Positions 40,553 through 49,187 of a DNA stretch of 64,000 nt are shown here, piece after piece. The stretch spans positions 127,128 to 191,127 of the forward strand of contig RDOA01000001.1 of assembly GCA_011364925.1 (NCBI GenBank), read 5' to 3'. The stretch comes from Promethearchaeota archaeon. Its GTDB lineage: Archaea > Asgardarchaeota > Lokiarchaeia > Sigyniarchaeales > SOKP01. The first letter of the stretch is position 1; every line of letters begins with the position of its first letter. Made by a program: the position numbers and the translations under genes. Below the pieces are notes generated by a model, which did not search any database, was not told the DNA's origin, and was given only the letters and a program-made list of their open reading frames with translations.

Positions 40553-41725
40553 ATGGAATGGCAACCAGAAGTTGAACAACTCTTTGAGAGTATTGTATTA
40601 GGAGTTCCTGAAATGGTAAGACCTGCAGTAAAACCCGCGCTTTTTGAGGGTGCAGAAAAGAAATGTATGGAACGAAATGGTAAAAAAGTAGCTGAAGTGG
40701 ACTTGATTGTCGCTTTGTTTGAAGTAACACCCCCAGCTTTTCAACCGACAATGATTGAAGATTTGAAAAAACATGGAATAGATTATAATAGATATTTAGC
40801 AAAAGTACAATCAGAGTTTAAGTTGCATACCGATATTAATCAACTAGTAAAAGATATAATAAAAATTTCCGAATTCACGGGTGTACGAAGCAATGAAGAA
40901 GCAATCCGGAAGGGAATAAAAGCTTACGAAAAATTTTTTGCCGGAGCTCCTCTATCTATCAGAACTACTACAAAACCTAAAGAACGAAGGGATGTTGCGG
41001 CAAGATACGTAGAATTTTTTATTCCACATAACCCAGATCCCTATACAACAGCTATTAATAAAGGTATTTTGGTAAATGATGGGCATCCTATTCACGATAT
41101 GATTGTGGAAGCGATAAATACTTTCGAAATTATGGGTTATGGTGTTGATATTGATGCTAGTAGTGGATTATCTAAGATCTGGCCGTTTGTGGTTCCAGGT
41201 TCAATCGATCCTATCTTCGCTATGAAGTCAATACCAAGCAGTTTTAAAGGTTATAGAGATTACTTTGATAAACATAAATTAACAGCATTTAGTCTTTTTG
41301 CGTTTGATTTTTTGCATAATACAATTAATATTTATTTTATGTTAAAACAACCATTTAAATCATCCTATGAAAGTTGTGTTAGTCTTGTTGAAGATTTAGG
41401 GTTTAAAGTAGCATCTGAAGAAGCGATGAAAGGTTGTGTAGAAGCAGCGCATCTTAACTTTACTTTTAGTTGGAATTCAGATAAAATCGAAAGATTGTGC
41501 TTCGGCATAACATGTAACGATCCAAGCGAAGTTCCTATACACTTGCACCCATTAATAAAAGAATTTGTTGAAAAAGCTCCTTTACAGAGTGATTCAAGAA
41601 AATTCATTTGGGGGGTAACCTTTACGAATAATGGACTTTATTATAAAATCGAAAATGATTATAACGGGGCGATGGTGGACTTCTTACAAATGGGATGTAA
41701 AGCTGGATTAGATTATTACCAATGA
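40553..41725 (+). CDS. ABBA-type soluble aromatic prenyltransferase (CloQ/NphB, PTase_Orf2-like) with an N-terminal DUF2621-like module
   Basis: DPYTTAINKGIL..GHPI, YGVDID...GLSKIWPF, FAFDF.H.TINIYF, FTFSWNS.KIERLCF, GLYYKIENDY follow the order of CloQ/NphB motifs. Confidence 0.82.
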   Translation: MEWQPEVEQLFESIVLGVPEMVRPAVKPALFEGAEKKCMERNGKKVAEVDLIVALFEVTPPAFQPTMIEDLKKHGIDYNRYLAKVQSEFKLHTDINQLVKDIIKISEFTGVRSNEEAIRKGIKAYEKFFAGAPLSIRTTTKPKERRDVAARYVEFFIPHNPDPYTTAINKGILVNDGHPIHDMIVEAINTFEIMGYGVDIDASSGLSKIWPFVVPGSIDPIFAMKSIPSSFKGYRDYFDKHKLTAFSLFAFDFLHNTINIYFMLKQPFKSSYESCVSLVEDLGFKVASEEAMKGCVEAAHLNFTFSWNSDKIERLCFGITCNDPSEVPIHLHPLIKEFVEKAPLQSDSRKFIWGVTFTNNGLYYKIENDYNGAMVDFLQMGCKAGLDYYQ

Positions 41726-41763
41726 ATTTATATCAATAAAACTTAACTGGACTATTGTGAAAT

Positions 41764-42915
41764 ATGAGGTTTATAATAGACGGAGAGTATCAAAAAGAAT
41801 TGATTTCTCGAATTAGTAGAGAAAATTTACCAGTTTCACATATTATTGTCCATGTTCCCCTAAATCCCTTCGGTAATGGATCAATTTTCCTTCCTAAAGT
41901 TTTACCTAATTTAGAAGAATTCGAAAAATATACAAAACTAATTCAAGATTATGGAATCACACCTATTGCAGGTATCGATTCTACTTGTCAAGGAAATTTA
42001 GAAGCACATATCAAGCAAAACTCAGCATACAAGGTTCTAATTGGTGAACTCAAAGATTTAGGTTATAAGGAAATACTGGTCTCCTCGCCAAATAATGTCG
42101 GATTTCTTAAAGCCAATTTTCCTACGATACGAATTTATCTTGCTTATTCACAATACGTAACATCTCTAAATAGAGCAAAGATCTTCTTCGAATTAGGAGC
42201 TGATTCTATTACGCTGCATCCAGATGTAATTAGAAGTTTTTATGCATTAGAGAATTTTATCAAATTAAAAGAAAAGTGGGATAGCTCTTGTAACGTTGAA
42301 TATATTTTGCCATTAAATATTGGGTGCAATTGGGGCTGTATTCAGTGGTTTCAACACCATAATTTGCAAAGCCATCGAACAATAGCCTCTCCTTTGTCAT
42401 CGGAGCAACAAAATAATTCAGACATAGAAGATGCATTTGATTACCCTCTTCTTTATTGTTGGAGAAAACGACTTGAAAAACCCGTTAACTTTTTAAAAGC
42501 AGGGTGGATTTCTCCTGATAATATTGAATTATATGAAAATATTGGTTATTCTACATTCTTATTGCTAACAGGAGGATTTTCAGTAGATAAAATTGTGAAA
42601 ATCGTCCAATCATATACCAATAAATCTCTTAATAATAGTTTTAATGAGTTTTTAAATATCCCTCAACCATATGGTGCTTATTGGTCAAAAGATGAGTTAT
42701 CAAATTCGATATTACAGCTTGAACCTGAAGTCATTAAGGAGTTTAACAAGAATTTCCCGTATTATGTTACTTATCTTGATGAACGGGAGATAAACCATCA
42801 TTGTTTAAAATACGTTAGCAAACTCCCAAATGGAAGCTTTTCTGATAAGCAAAAACTGATTCAGTTAATCACTAATAAATTAAATGAAATTGAAAAAGGA
42901 GCAGTAAATAGGTGA
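41764..42915 (+). CDS. U32 peptidase-family protein, divergent
   Basis: Colinear with the two downstream U32 proteins (IDSTCQGN, GADSITL, NIGCNWGC..HH..QSH, YC, WISP) but lacks the KIxGR motif. Confidence 0.7.
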   Translation: MRFIIDGEYQKELISRISRENLPVSHIIVHVPLNPFGNGSIFLPKVLPNLEEFEKYTKLIQDYGITPIAGIDSTCQGNLEAHIKQNSAYKVLIGELKDLGYKEILVSSPNNVGFLKANFPTIRIYLAYSQYVTSLNRAKIFFELGADSITLHPDVIRSFYALENFIKLKEKWDSSCNVEYILPLNIGCNWGCIQWFQHHNLQSHRTIASPLSSEQQNNSDIEDAFDYPLLYCWRKRLEKPVNFLKAGWISPDNIELYENIGYSTFLLLTGGFSVDKIVKIVQSYTNKSLNNSFNEFLNIPQPYGAYWSKDELSNSILQLEPEVIKEFNKNFPYYVTYLDEREINHHCLKYVSKLPNGSFSDKQKLIQLITNKLNEIEKGAVNR

Positions 42916-42919
42916 TTTA

Positions 42920-44971
42920 ATGCGTATTTCCTTAGCATGTAATTGGAAATTAGATTTACTAAAACTATTAGAAACTGAAGATAGTATTAAATCGGTCGTC
43001 CATGATTTATACGGTACTTATGATCTTAGTTTTACAGGATCCGGTCGTCCATTTCTATTAATGCCTCATAAGGACAAATATGAAATCGAACATTATATCA
43101 ATAGGGTGCATGATTTAAATTTAAAATTCACTTGGTTATGGAATGGCAGTTGCCTTGGATATTATAAATTCAATTCTGAAGAACAAACAAAGGCATTAAA
43201 AGAACTTGATTGGCTTGACGACCTTGGTGTGGAGTATCTTACTGTCTCAGATCCATACCTTGCAAGGTTTGCAAAAATTCATCACCCAAAATTAAAACTT
43301 AAGGTTTCGGTGATAGCGGAAGTCAATTCTCTCTCCCGTTCGCTAGATTGGGAAAAGATTATTGGATCGAATGGAGTGCTGACCTTATCTATAATGCTTA
43401 ATAGAAACTTTCCACTTTTAAAGGAAATTAAAAAAACAGTGAAATGTGATATTGAATTGCTCACTAATGATTGCTGTCTCTTTGAATGTCCATTCCGCTT
43501 TTTTCATTATACTGAATGCTCCCATGCGAGTCAAACTCACGATATTTTAGAAGGATACTATAATGATTGGGCAACTATAGCCTGTCAAAATCAAAAATGT
43601 TTCAATAAGGAACAAGTTCTTATAAGTAGATGGATTCAACCGTCTGATCTTGATAAATATATTGAAATTGGAATTGACTATTTTAAGATCTCCGGTCGAA
43701 GATATGGAACTAAATGGTTATATCGAACATTAAAGGCATATAGTCAAAAATCATACGATGGTAATCTTGGAGAGATTTTTAATGGATACTCTTTTGTATC
43801 TGATCCTTTGGAACTTGCTGGTGCTCAGTTTTCCGAATTTACAGCAAAACAAGAAAAGATGGGAGGAAATCCAGATGACATGGGGATTATGCTGAGTGTG
43901 CCAGATTTTGATGCTGAATTAAGAGCTGATAAATTAAACACATTTATTGAGTATTTTCCATTTCAAGGAGCAAAGTGTAATGATAACTGTGGTATTTCAT
44001 GTAATTACTGTCATCAAAAGGCGGAAGATGCTTATTTCGTTCCCTCAAAACAAAATGCAGAATCTTATAGAAACTATATGCTATATCTTTTAAATTATCT
44101 AAACTCTGGTGATATGTTTTTACCAGAAGAACAGAGAAAAAATGAAAAACCTATTAATAAAATTGAATCAGATACCTATATTGGACTTCCTTGGATTCCT
44201 AAAGCAAAAAAATTTTTTGAGGAGGCTATGCTAATAGTTCCAATGGAAATGCAAAAAGCCGCAAAAAAGGGTATAGGGTATACTGCTGAAAGAACAGCAG
44301 AAAGAAAAGGATTAAGTCATGTGGATCAAGAGTTAATAACATCAATAATTATCGAGTTGGTCCCTCAACCGTTTAAACATGATGTAATTGATTTTTTAAT
44401 CGAAAAAAATATCGATCTCTCACTTTTTATGAGTGATGATGAAATAAAATACGCGAAATCTTTACCTTATGGAACAGAATTGATGGCTCAAAGAGCAAAG
44501 GAAAAAGGTCTCGTAATAGAAAATTCAAATTTTATTGAAAATGAGAAAAAAATAGAAAAAAATATTGAGGTGAAAATGAATTTGAACACAAAAGAAGAAT
44601 GGGAAGCGTATCTTACACGATTTATGAAAGCTTATAATGAATTACCTGATTTAGCTTCGATGTTAGAACCTGTTGCTCCGTTATTATTTCAATACGAAAT
44701 AACTGACAGACCTGAGATGAATTACTGGCAAAGAATTGAAAAAAACAGAATGGATTGGGGTATGGGAGAATATTCTGGTCCAGAAGTGCCAAAAATAATT
44801 CATAGAACCGATTTTGAGACGATGAAAAAAGTAAACTCAGGAGAATCTGATCCGATCCAAGCGACAATGGCAGGTACATATGTAGTTGATGGAGATCCTA
44901 CCAAATTAATGGCTTGTGCACCGCTATTGCCTCTTAATCCCAAAGCTCATGCAAAAGCGATGCAACAGTAA
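42920..44971 (+). CDS. U32-family Fe-S protein fused to a DUF2621-like module and a C-terminal SCP2 lipid-binding domain
   Basis: GSGR, NDCCLFECPFR..H...SH, FKISGRR, CNDNCGISCNYC; internal LPW..P module; SCP2 signature LFQYEI...G..DPIQATMAG.Y.VDGD. Confidence 0.85.
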   Translation: MRISLACNWKLDLLKLLETEDSIKSVVHDLYGTYDLSFTGSGRPFLLMPHKDKYEIEHYINRVHDLNLKFTWLWNGSCLGYYKFNSEEQTKALKELDWLDDLGVEYLTVSDPYLARFAKIHHPKLKLKVSVIAEVNSLSRSLDWEKIIGSNGVLTLSIMLNRNFPLLKEIKKTVKCDIELLTNDCCLFECPFRFFHYTECSHASQTHDILEGYYNDWATIACQNQKCFNKEQVLISRWIQPSDLDKYIEIGIDYFKISGRRYGTKWLYRTLKAYSQKSYDGNLGEIFNGYSFVSDPLELAGAQFSEFTAKQEKMGGNPDDMGIMLSVPDFDAELRADKLNTFIEYFPFQGAKCNDNCGISCNYCHQKAEDAYFVPSKQNAESYRNYMLYLLNYLNSGDMFLPEEQRKNEKPINKIESDTYIGLPWIPKAKKFFEEAMLIVPMEMQKAAKKGIGYTAERTAERKGLSHVDQELITSIIIELVPQPFKHDVIDFLIEKNIDLSLFMSDDEIKYAKSLPYGTELMAQRAKEKGLVIENSNFIENEKKIEKNIEVKMNLNTKEEWEAYLTRFMKAYNELPDLASMLEPVAPLLFQYEITDRPEMNYWQRIEKNRMDWGMGEYSGPEVPKIIHRTDFETMKKVNSGESDPIQATMAGTYVVDGDPTKLMACAPLLPLNPKAHAKAMQQ

Positions 44972-45001
44972 GAATAAAATCAAAAATTAGGTGGATAATC
45001 A

Positions 45002-46408
45002 GTGAAACTACATGTAGCTACAAATTGGGATTTAGATCTAATCGATAATTTAGCTCAATTCCCCGTATCTGGATTATATGGCGTCTCAGACCACTCAATA
45101 GTTGGAGGGGGTCGTCCATCTTTCTTGCTACAACAAATCTCAGAAGAAAGAATCGCGGAATATATAAAAAAAGTTCACGAAAACAATATGGAGTTTTCCT
45201 ATCTATTAAATGCGCCCTGTATGAACAATATGGAATACGATCCGCATTATCATAAAGAACTTATTGAGTACTTGCAGTGGATTAGTGATATCGAAGCAGA
45301 TAGCGTAACAGTAACTATCCCATTTTTAATACAGCTCATCAAGGAACAATTTCCAAGGCTAAAAATCCGAGTTTCTACAATAGCTCATGTGAATAGTGTT
45401 AATCGCGCAATGTTTTACGAATCTCTTGGAGCAGATGAAATTACGCTTGATGTTATGATAAATCGTGACTTTAAAACTTTAGAACAAATTCAAAAAGCTG
45501 TGAAGTGTAAACTAATTGTCCTCTTAACAGATGGATGTTTATTTCAATGTCCTTTTAGATATTATCATTACAATACTTTAGGACACGCTTCGCAAACTTA
45601 TCAACAATTTGAACGTAATTATGTTGACACATGTATCTTAAACTGCAGTATTATCAAATTTTCTGATCCAACAGAAGTTATAAAAGCAAGGTGGGTCCGA
45701 CCTGAAGATTTAACTCACTACGAGGCAATTGGAATCGAGAATTTTAAAATTGCGGGGCGTCGTATGTCAACCCAGTGGATTACTCAATCTGTGAAAGCCT
45801 TCTCTTCGCGAAAATATAATGGGAATCTTGTTGATATAATTCAAGGCTTTTCAATGTCACATGGTGGTTTAGAACAAAAGGATCCAAATGTAAAATTAAG
45901 TGAAACGATCGGAAAGGAGTCTAAATCAAAACTCGTAATTGATAATACCAAACTAGACGGATTTATAGACTTTTTCAAAAAGCAAAATTGTATAGCGATG
46001 TGTAACGCATGTTCGTATTGTGAAGAATGGGCGAAAAAAGCAGTAATATTAAATGAAGAAGAATCTCAGAGATATGTAGAATCGATAAAGGGGTATATGA
46101 ACGATATTTTATCCAGTCGCGAATTTGGTCTTGCAGCCGCTAAACCAAAGGAAAAAGTAAAATCAGGTTTAGAATGGGATAGTGAAACTCAGAGAATATT
46201 TGATGATCTTATATTACTCTCCCCGCCTCAGTTTCAACAAATGGCGAGAATGGCAATATCATCGCTTGCTGAAGAGAAAGCCAAGAAAAGAGAATCAGAA
46301 GTAATTGAAAACCAAGATATAATCGATGCGTTCATAGAAGGAACTCCCGGAGCGTTTCAAGCTGATATGAGAGAAGGTTTAAAAAAACACGGGCTTTTAG
46401 AAAAATAA
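45002..46408 (+). CDS. U32-family Fe-S protein with a C-terminal DUF2621-like module
   Basis: GGGRP, LNAPCMNN, DGCLFQCPFR..H..GH, FKIAGRR, CIAMCNACSYC; C-terminal LEW..PPQF..AEEKA..TPGAFQ..GLKKHG. Confidence 0.87.
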   Translation: MKLHVATNWDLDLIDNLAQFPVSGLYGVSDHSIVGGGRPSFLLQQISEERIAEYIKKVHENNMEFSYLLNAPCMNNMEYDPHYHKELIEYLQWISDIEADSVTVTIPFLIQLIKEQFPRLKIRVSTIAHVNSVNRAMFYESLGADEITLDVMINRDFKTLEQIQKAVKCKLIVLLTDGCLFQCPFRYYHYNTLGHASQTYQQFERNYVDTCILNCSIIKFSDPTEVIKARWVRPEDLTHYEAIGIENFKIAGRRMSTQWITQSVKAFSSRKYNGNLVDIIQGFSMSHGGLEQKDPNVKLSETIGKESKSKLVIDNTKLDGFIDFFKKQNCIAMCNACSYCEEWAKKAVILNEEESQRYVESIKGYMNDILSSREFGLAAAKPKEKVKSGLEWDSETQRIFDDLILLSPPQFQQMARMAISSLAEEKAKKRESEVIENQDIIDAFIEGTPGAFQADMREGLKKHGLLEK

Positions 46409-46430
46409 ATTTCTTTTTTCTTTTTTTATC
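46409..46430 (+). terminator. Oligo-T archaeal terminator of the 36264-46408 operon
   Basis: TTTCTTTTTTCTTTTTTT immediately after the stop codon. Confidence 0.5.
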
Positions 46431-46605
46431 CTAAAACAACAATAAATGGATTGTAGAACCTCGCAATTATTGGACTCCTATTTCTTAATATATTTTGACA
46501 CCTTAATCATTATGTGCAATATTTTAAATTTGACAAATATATAATAAAAGTATATATTTCCAGATTTTATAAGAAAAATAATTAAATGAAATTTAGGTTG
46601 AAATT

Positions 46606-47178
46606 ATGTTCTGTCCGAATTGTGGGGAAAAGTTAGACAACCCTAACCAAAAGTTTTGTGCACATTGTGGAAGTGAAATTCAAGTTACTCCTAGCTCTGA
46701 GGCTTTTGAAGGATATAATGCAACACAAACACCAGTTGTGAAAACATCCTCACCACCACCAGTTCCAGCTACTCCCGTTTACGATGTAAAACCAGTTAAA
46801 CCAAAAGGAACAGGCTCTTATTCAAGAAAAAGTCTTGCCTACGCCTTAATTTGGCCAATCTTTTTCGTTATTGCTTTTTATTTAGGATTTATATTTATGA
46901 TATTTCGTTCATTTTCATATTCTCCCTATATGCCAAGAAATCCTTTTTTATGGATAGTTCCTTTCGTATTGCATCTTGTGAGTCTTCTCTTCAGCATCGT
47001 TTCTAAGGTTAATAGCAGTAAAGCTCGTATCTACGAAGATAGAAACGGCCTTCAACAAGCTGGCAGTATTATAAGTGTATTTGGAATTGTTCTGAATGCG
47101 ATATTTTTAGTGATAGTTCCAATTATGATGGCAATAGGTATAGCAACTATGGGTTATTTATACGATCCCTTTATATAA
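46606..47178 (+). CDS. Zinc-ribbon plus Pro-rich linker plus 3-TM membrane protein
   Basis: MFCPNCGEKL..FCAHCG, PPPVP linker, three TM helices. Confidence 0.82.
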   Translation: MFCPNCGEKLDNPNQKFCAHCGSEIQVTPSSEAFEGYNATQTPVVKTSSPPPVPATPVYDVKPVKPKGTGSYSRKSLAYALIWPIFFVIAFYLGFIFMIFRSFSYSPYMPRNPFLWIVPFVLHLVSLLFSIVSKVNSSKARIYEDRNGLQQAGSIISVFGIVLNAIFLVIVPIMMAIGIATMGYLYDPFI

Positions 47179-47226
47179 AATTTAGATTAGAAGAAAATAA
47201 AATAAGAATTAATTGTATGTGATATT

Positions 47227-47787
47227 ATGTTTTGTCCTAATTGTGGAGAAAAGTTAGAAAGCCCAAACCAAAGATTTTGCTCAAGATGCGGAAGTGAACT
47301 TCAATCCACTCCATTTTTTGAAACTCCTCAAGAACCGGTTCAACAAATTCAGGTACCACCAGTCCAATCCGTTCCTGTTTATGAGACTAAACCGATTAAA
47401 ACGGGAGGACCAGGATCTTATTCAAAGAAAGTCTTCGCTTTCGGCTTTTTATCGCTCGTTATAGCAGGCATAGGGTTCAGTTTAGACATGATTTCTTTTC
47501 TTAGGTTTGTTATCCCTATCTATGTTTTTCCTAGGCTTCTTGGCGGACCAATAGTTTTGATTGCTGCCATGATTGTTCATTTTATCGGAGTAATCTTTGG
47601 AGTAGTTGCTAAAGCAAATAGCACCAAAGCCAGAAAACATGAGATGGAGAATACACTTGAGAGAGTAGGTAAAGTGTTTGGAATATTAGGAATTATTGCG
47701 AACATGATACCGCTCGTAGTTATTAATATAGCGCTTATAATTATAAATGTTCCTTACTCGCCCCCTCCTGGACCAATTTATCCTTAG
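47227..47787 (+). CDS. Zinc-ribbon plus 3-TM membrane protein (tandem paralog)
   Basis: MFCPNCGEKL..FCSRCG, GSYSKK, three TM helices. Confidence 0.82.
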   Translation: MFCPNCGEKLESPNQRFCSRCGSELQSTPFFETPQEPVQQIQVPPVQSVPVYETKPIKTGGPGSYSKKVFAFGFLSLVIAGIGFSLDMISFLRFVIPIYVFPRLLGGPIVLIAAMIVHFIGVIFGVVAKANSTKARKHEMENTLERVGKVFGILGIIANMIPLVVINIALIIINVPYSPPPGPIYP

Positions 47788-47791
47788 ATTC

Positions 47792-49108
47792 CTAATATAT
47801 CCAATCAATAAGAGACGAACAACTTTTTCCTTGAGCGTTCTTCAATCTACCTAAGATTCGAAAAGTAGCTCCTTTGTAACCACACTCCGGGCATCTGCTG
47901 CCCGAGACTTGTTCTACTATGTCGTCTACTAAAACAGCTTGATTAATTGAGCCATTAACCCCATAAGGTGTAATAACCTCTAAAAGACCTTCTTCTTCCT
48001 CCTTTACAGCATCTAGATTTTCAAGATCTCTTACAATTATCCGAGATGTATTAGGGCAATGGAGTAAAAAATCTTGATATTTCTCAGACCAATGCCCTCC
48101 AAAAAGAGTGGGTCCTTCAGTAAAAGCATAAATATCTCGAATATCCGTTGATTTTATGTTAAACACTTTTTCGTAAGATTCTATGAATTTGCTTTTATTC
48201 ACAGTGGCCATCTTCGCTTCACCCTTAACACCATCCCACCCGCCACCTCCACATCCAACAATAGCTTTTCCATCGAGATCTATAAAGACATTCTCTTTTA
48301 ACAGCCTTTTTTCAAACATATTATTCATTAAAAGCGGACTTCCGCCGAACAAAACTTTACTCGCTTCAGTATCTTTCCAATAACCTGTTTTTAGGATTCT
48401 TCTAATAATCTTCAACATTTTAGAGACATCAAGCACAAAACCACCCTTTAACGAAAAAGTTGATATAATTGCCCAGATTGTCTTTAACCATTTCATTTTT
48501 ACTAAGTATTCCTCGTGGCCATAAAATTCCCATGGTTTGTTCATACAAGCTGTAAAGTATCGAGTTTTATCAATGTATTCAAATCCTTCAGCACTTCTTC
48601 GTGCCATTATTGACATGAATAATCGATCCGGTGAGAAATTAAACACTACTCCTCTTTTTGAACCTGATTTTAATTCCTCCCATTTAAAGAATTCCGTAAA
48701 TACCTTAATTGAATTGTATTGAATTTGATCAAAATCTTCTAATGTTCGAGGAACAATTGAAGGATCTCCTGTTGTTGAAGAAGAACACGAATAAAGCGCG
48801 ATCTTCTCCTGTGGAACTTTTAATAAATGTAATGTTCGATTTCCAGATTTTTTATAAGTTTCTGTTGGAATGTATGGAATTGTTTCTAAACTTTTAATAG
48901 AAAGTTCATCAGGAACCGTAAAATCAAACTTCTTACACAGATTTTTTCTGTAATACTCACAATTGGTATAGGATAAATCAATTTGATGTAACACTTCTTT
49001 ACAAAACTCATCATCTGTAGATTCTCGCGAAGTAAAGTTAAAATATTTCGTTTTCAAGTCTTCCGGTAAGAGATCATGAAATTTAAGAAACAAAATACAT
49101 ACCTCCAA
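47792..49108 (-). CDS. LuxE-like acyl-protein synthetase (ANL superfamily)
   Basis: IPYIP...YK, SSSTTGDPS, GGGGWDG, DIYAFTE, GLLEVITP, DDI, RILGR...GKSCS with a terminal Cys as in LuxE. Confidence 0.78.
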   Translation of the reverse strand: MEVCILFLKFHDLLPEDLKTKYFNFTSRESTDDEFCKEVLHQIDLSYTNCEYYRKNLCKKFDFTVPDELSIKSLETIPYIPTETYKKSGNRTLHLLKVPQEKIALYSCSSSTTGDPSIVPRTLEDFDQIQYNSIKVFTEFFKWEELKSGSKRGVVFNFSPDRLFMSIMARRSAEGFEYIDKTRYFTACMNKPWEFYGHEEYLVKMKWLKTIWAIISTFSLKGGFVLDVSKMLKIIRRILKTGYWKDTEASKVLFGGSPLLMNNMFEKRLLKENVFIDLDGKAIVGCGGGGWDGVKGEAKMATVNKSKFIESYEKVFNIKSTDIRDIYAFTEGPTLFGGHWSEKYQDFLLHCPNTSRIIVRDLENLDAVKEEEEGLLEVITPYGVNGSINQAVLVDDIVEQVSGSRCPECGYKGATFRILGRLKNAQGKSCSSLIDWIY

Positions 49109-49187
49109 AATTTATTTATGTATTATTTTATTCCAAATAAAATTGATTGATATAAAATGTTAAATAAAAAAGTAATAAAAAATATTA

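Noticed and set aside
41764-46408. Collagenase/protease annotation for the U32 proteins
   Set aside because: Characterised U32 members are Fe-S hydroxylation factors, and the Cys motifs and SCP2/prenyltransferase context fit that role better
47792-49108. Bioluminescence (lux) operon
   Set aside because: No luxA, luxB, luxC or luxD in the window
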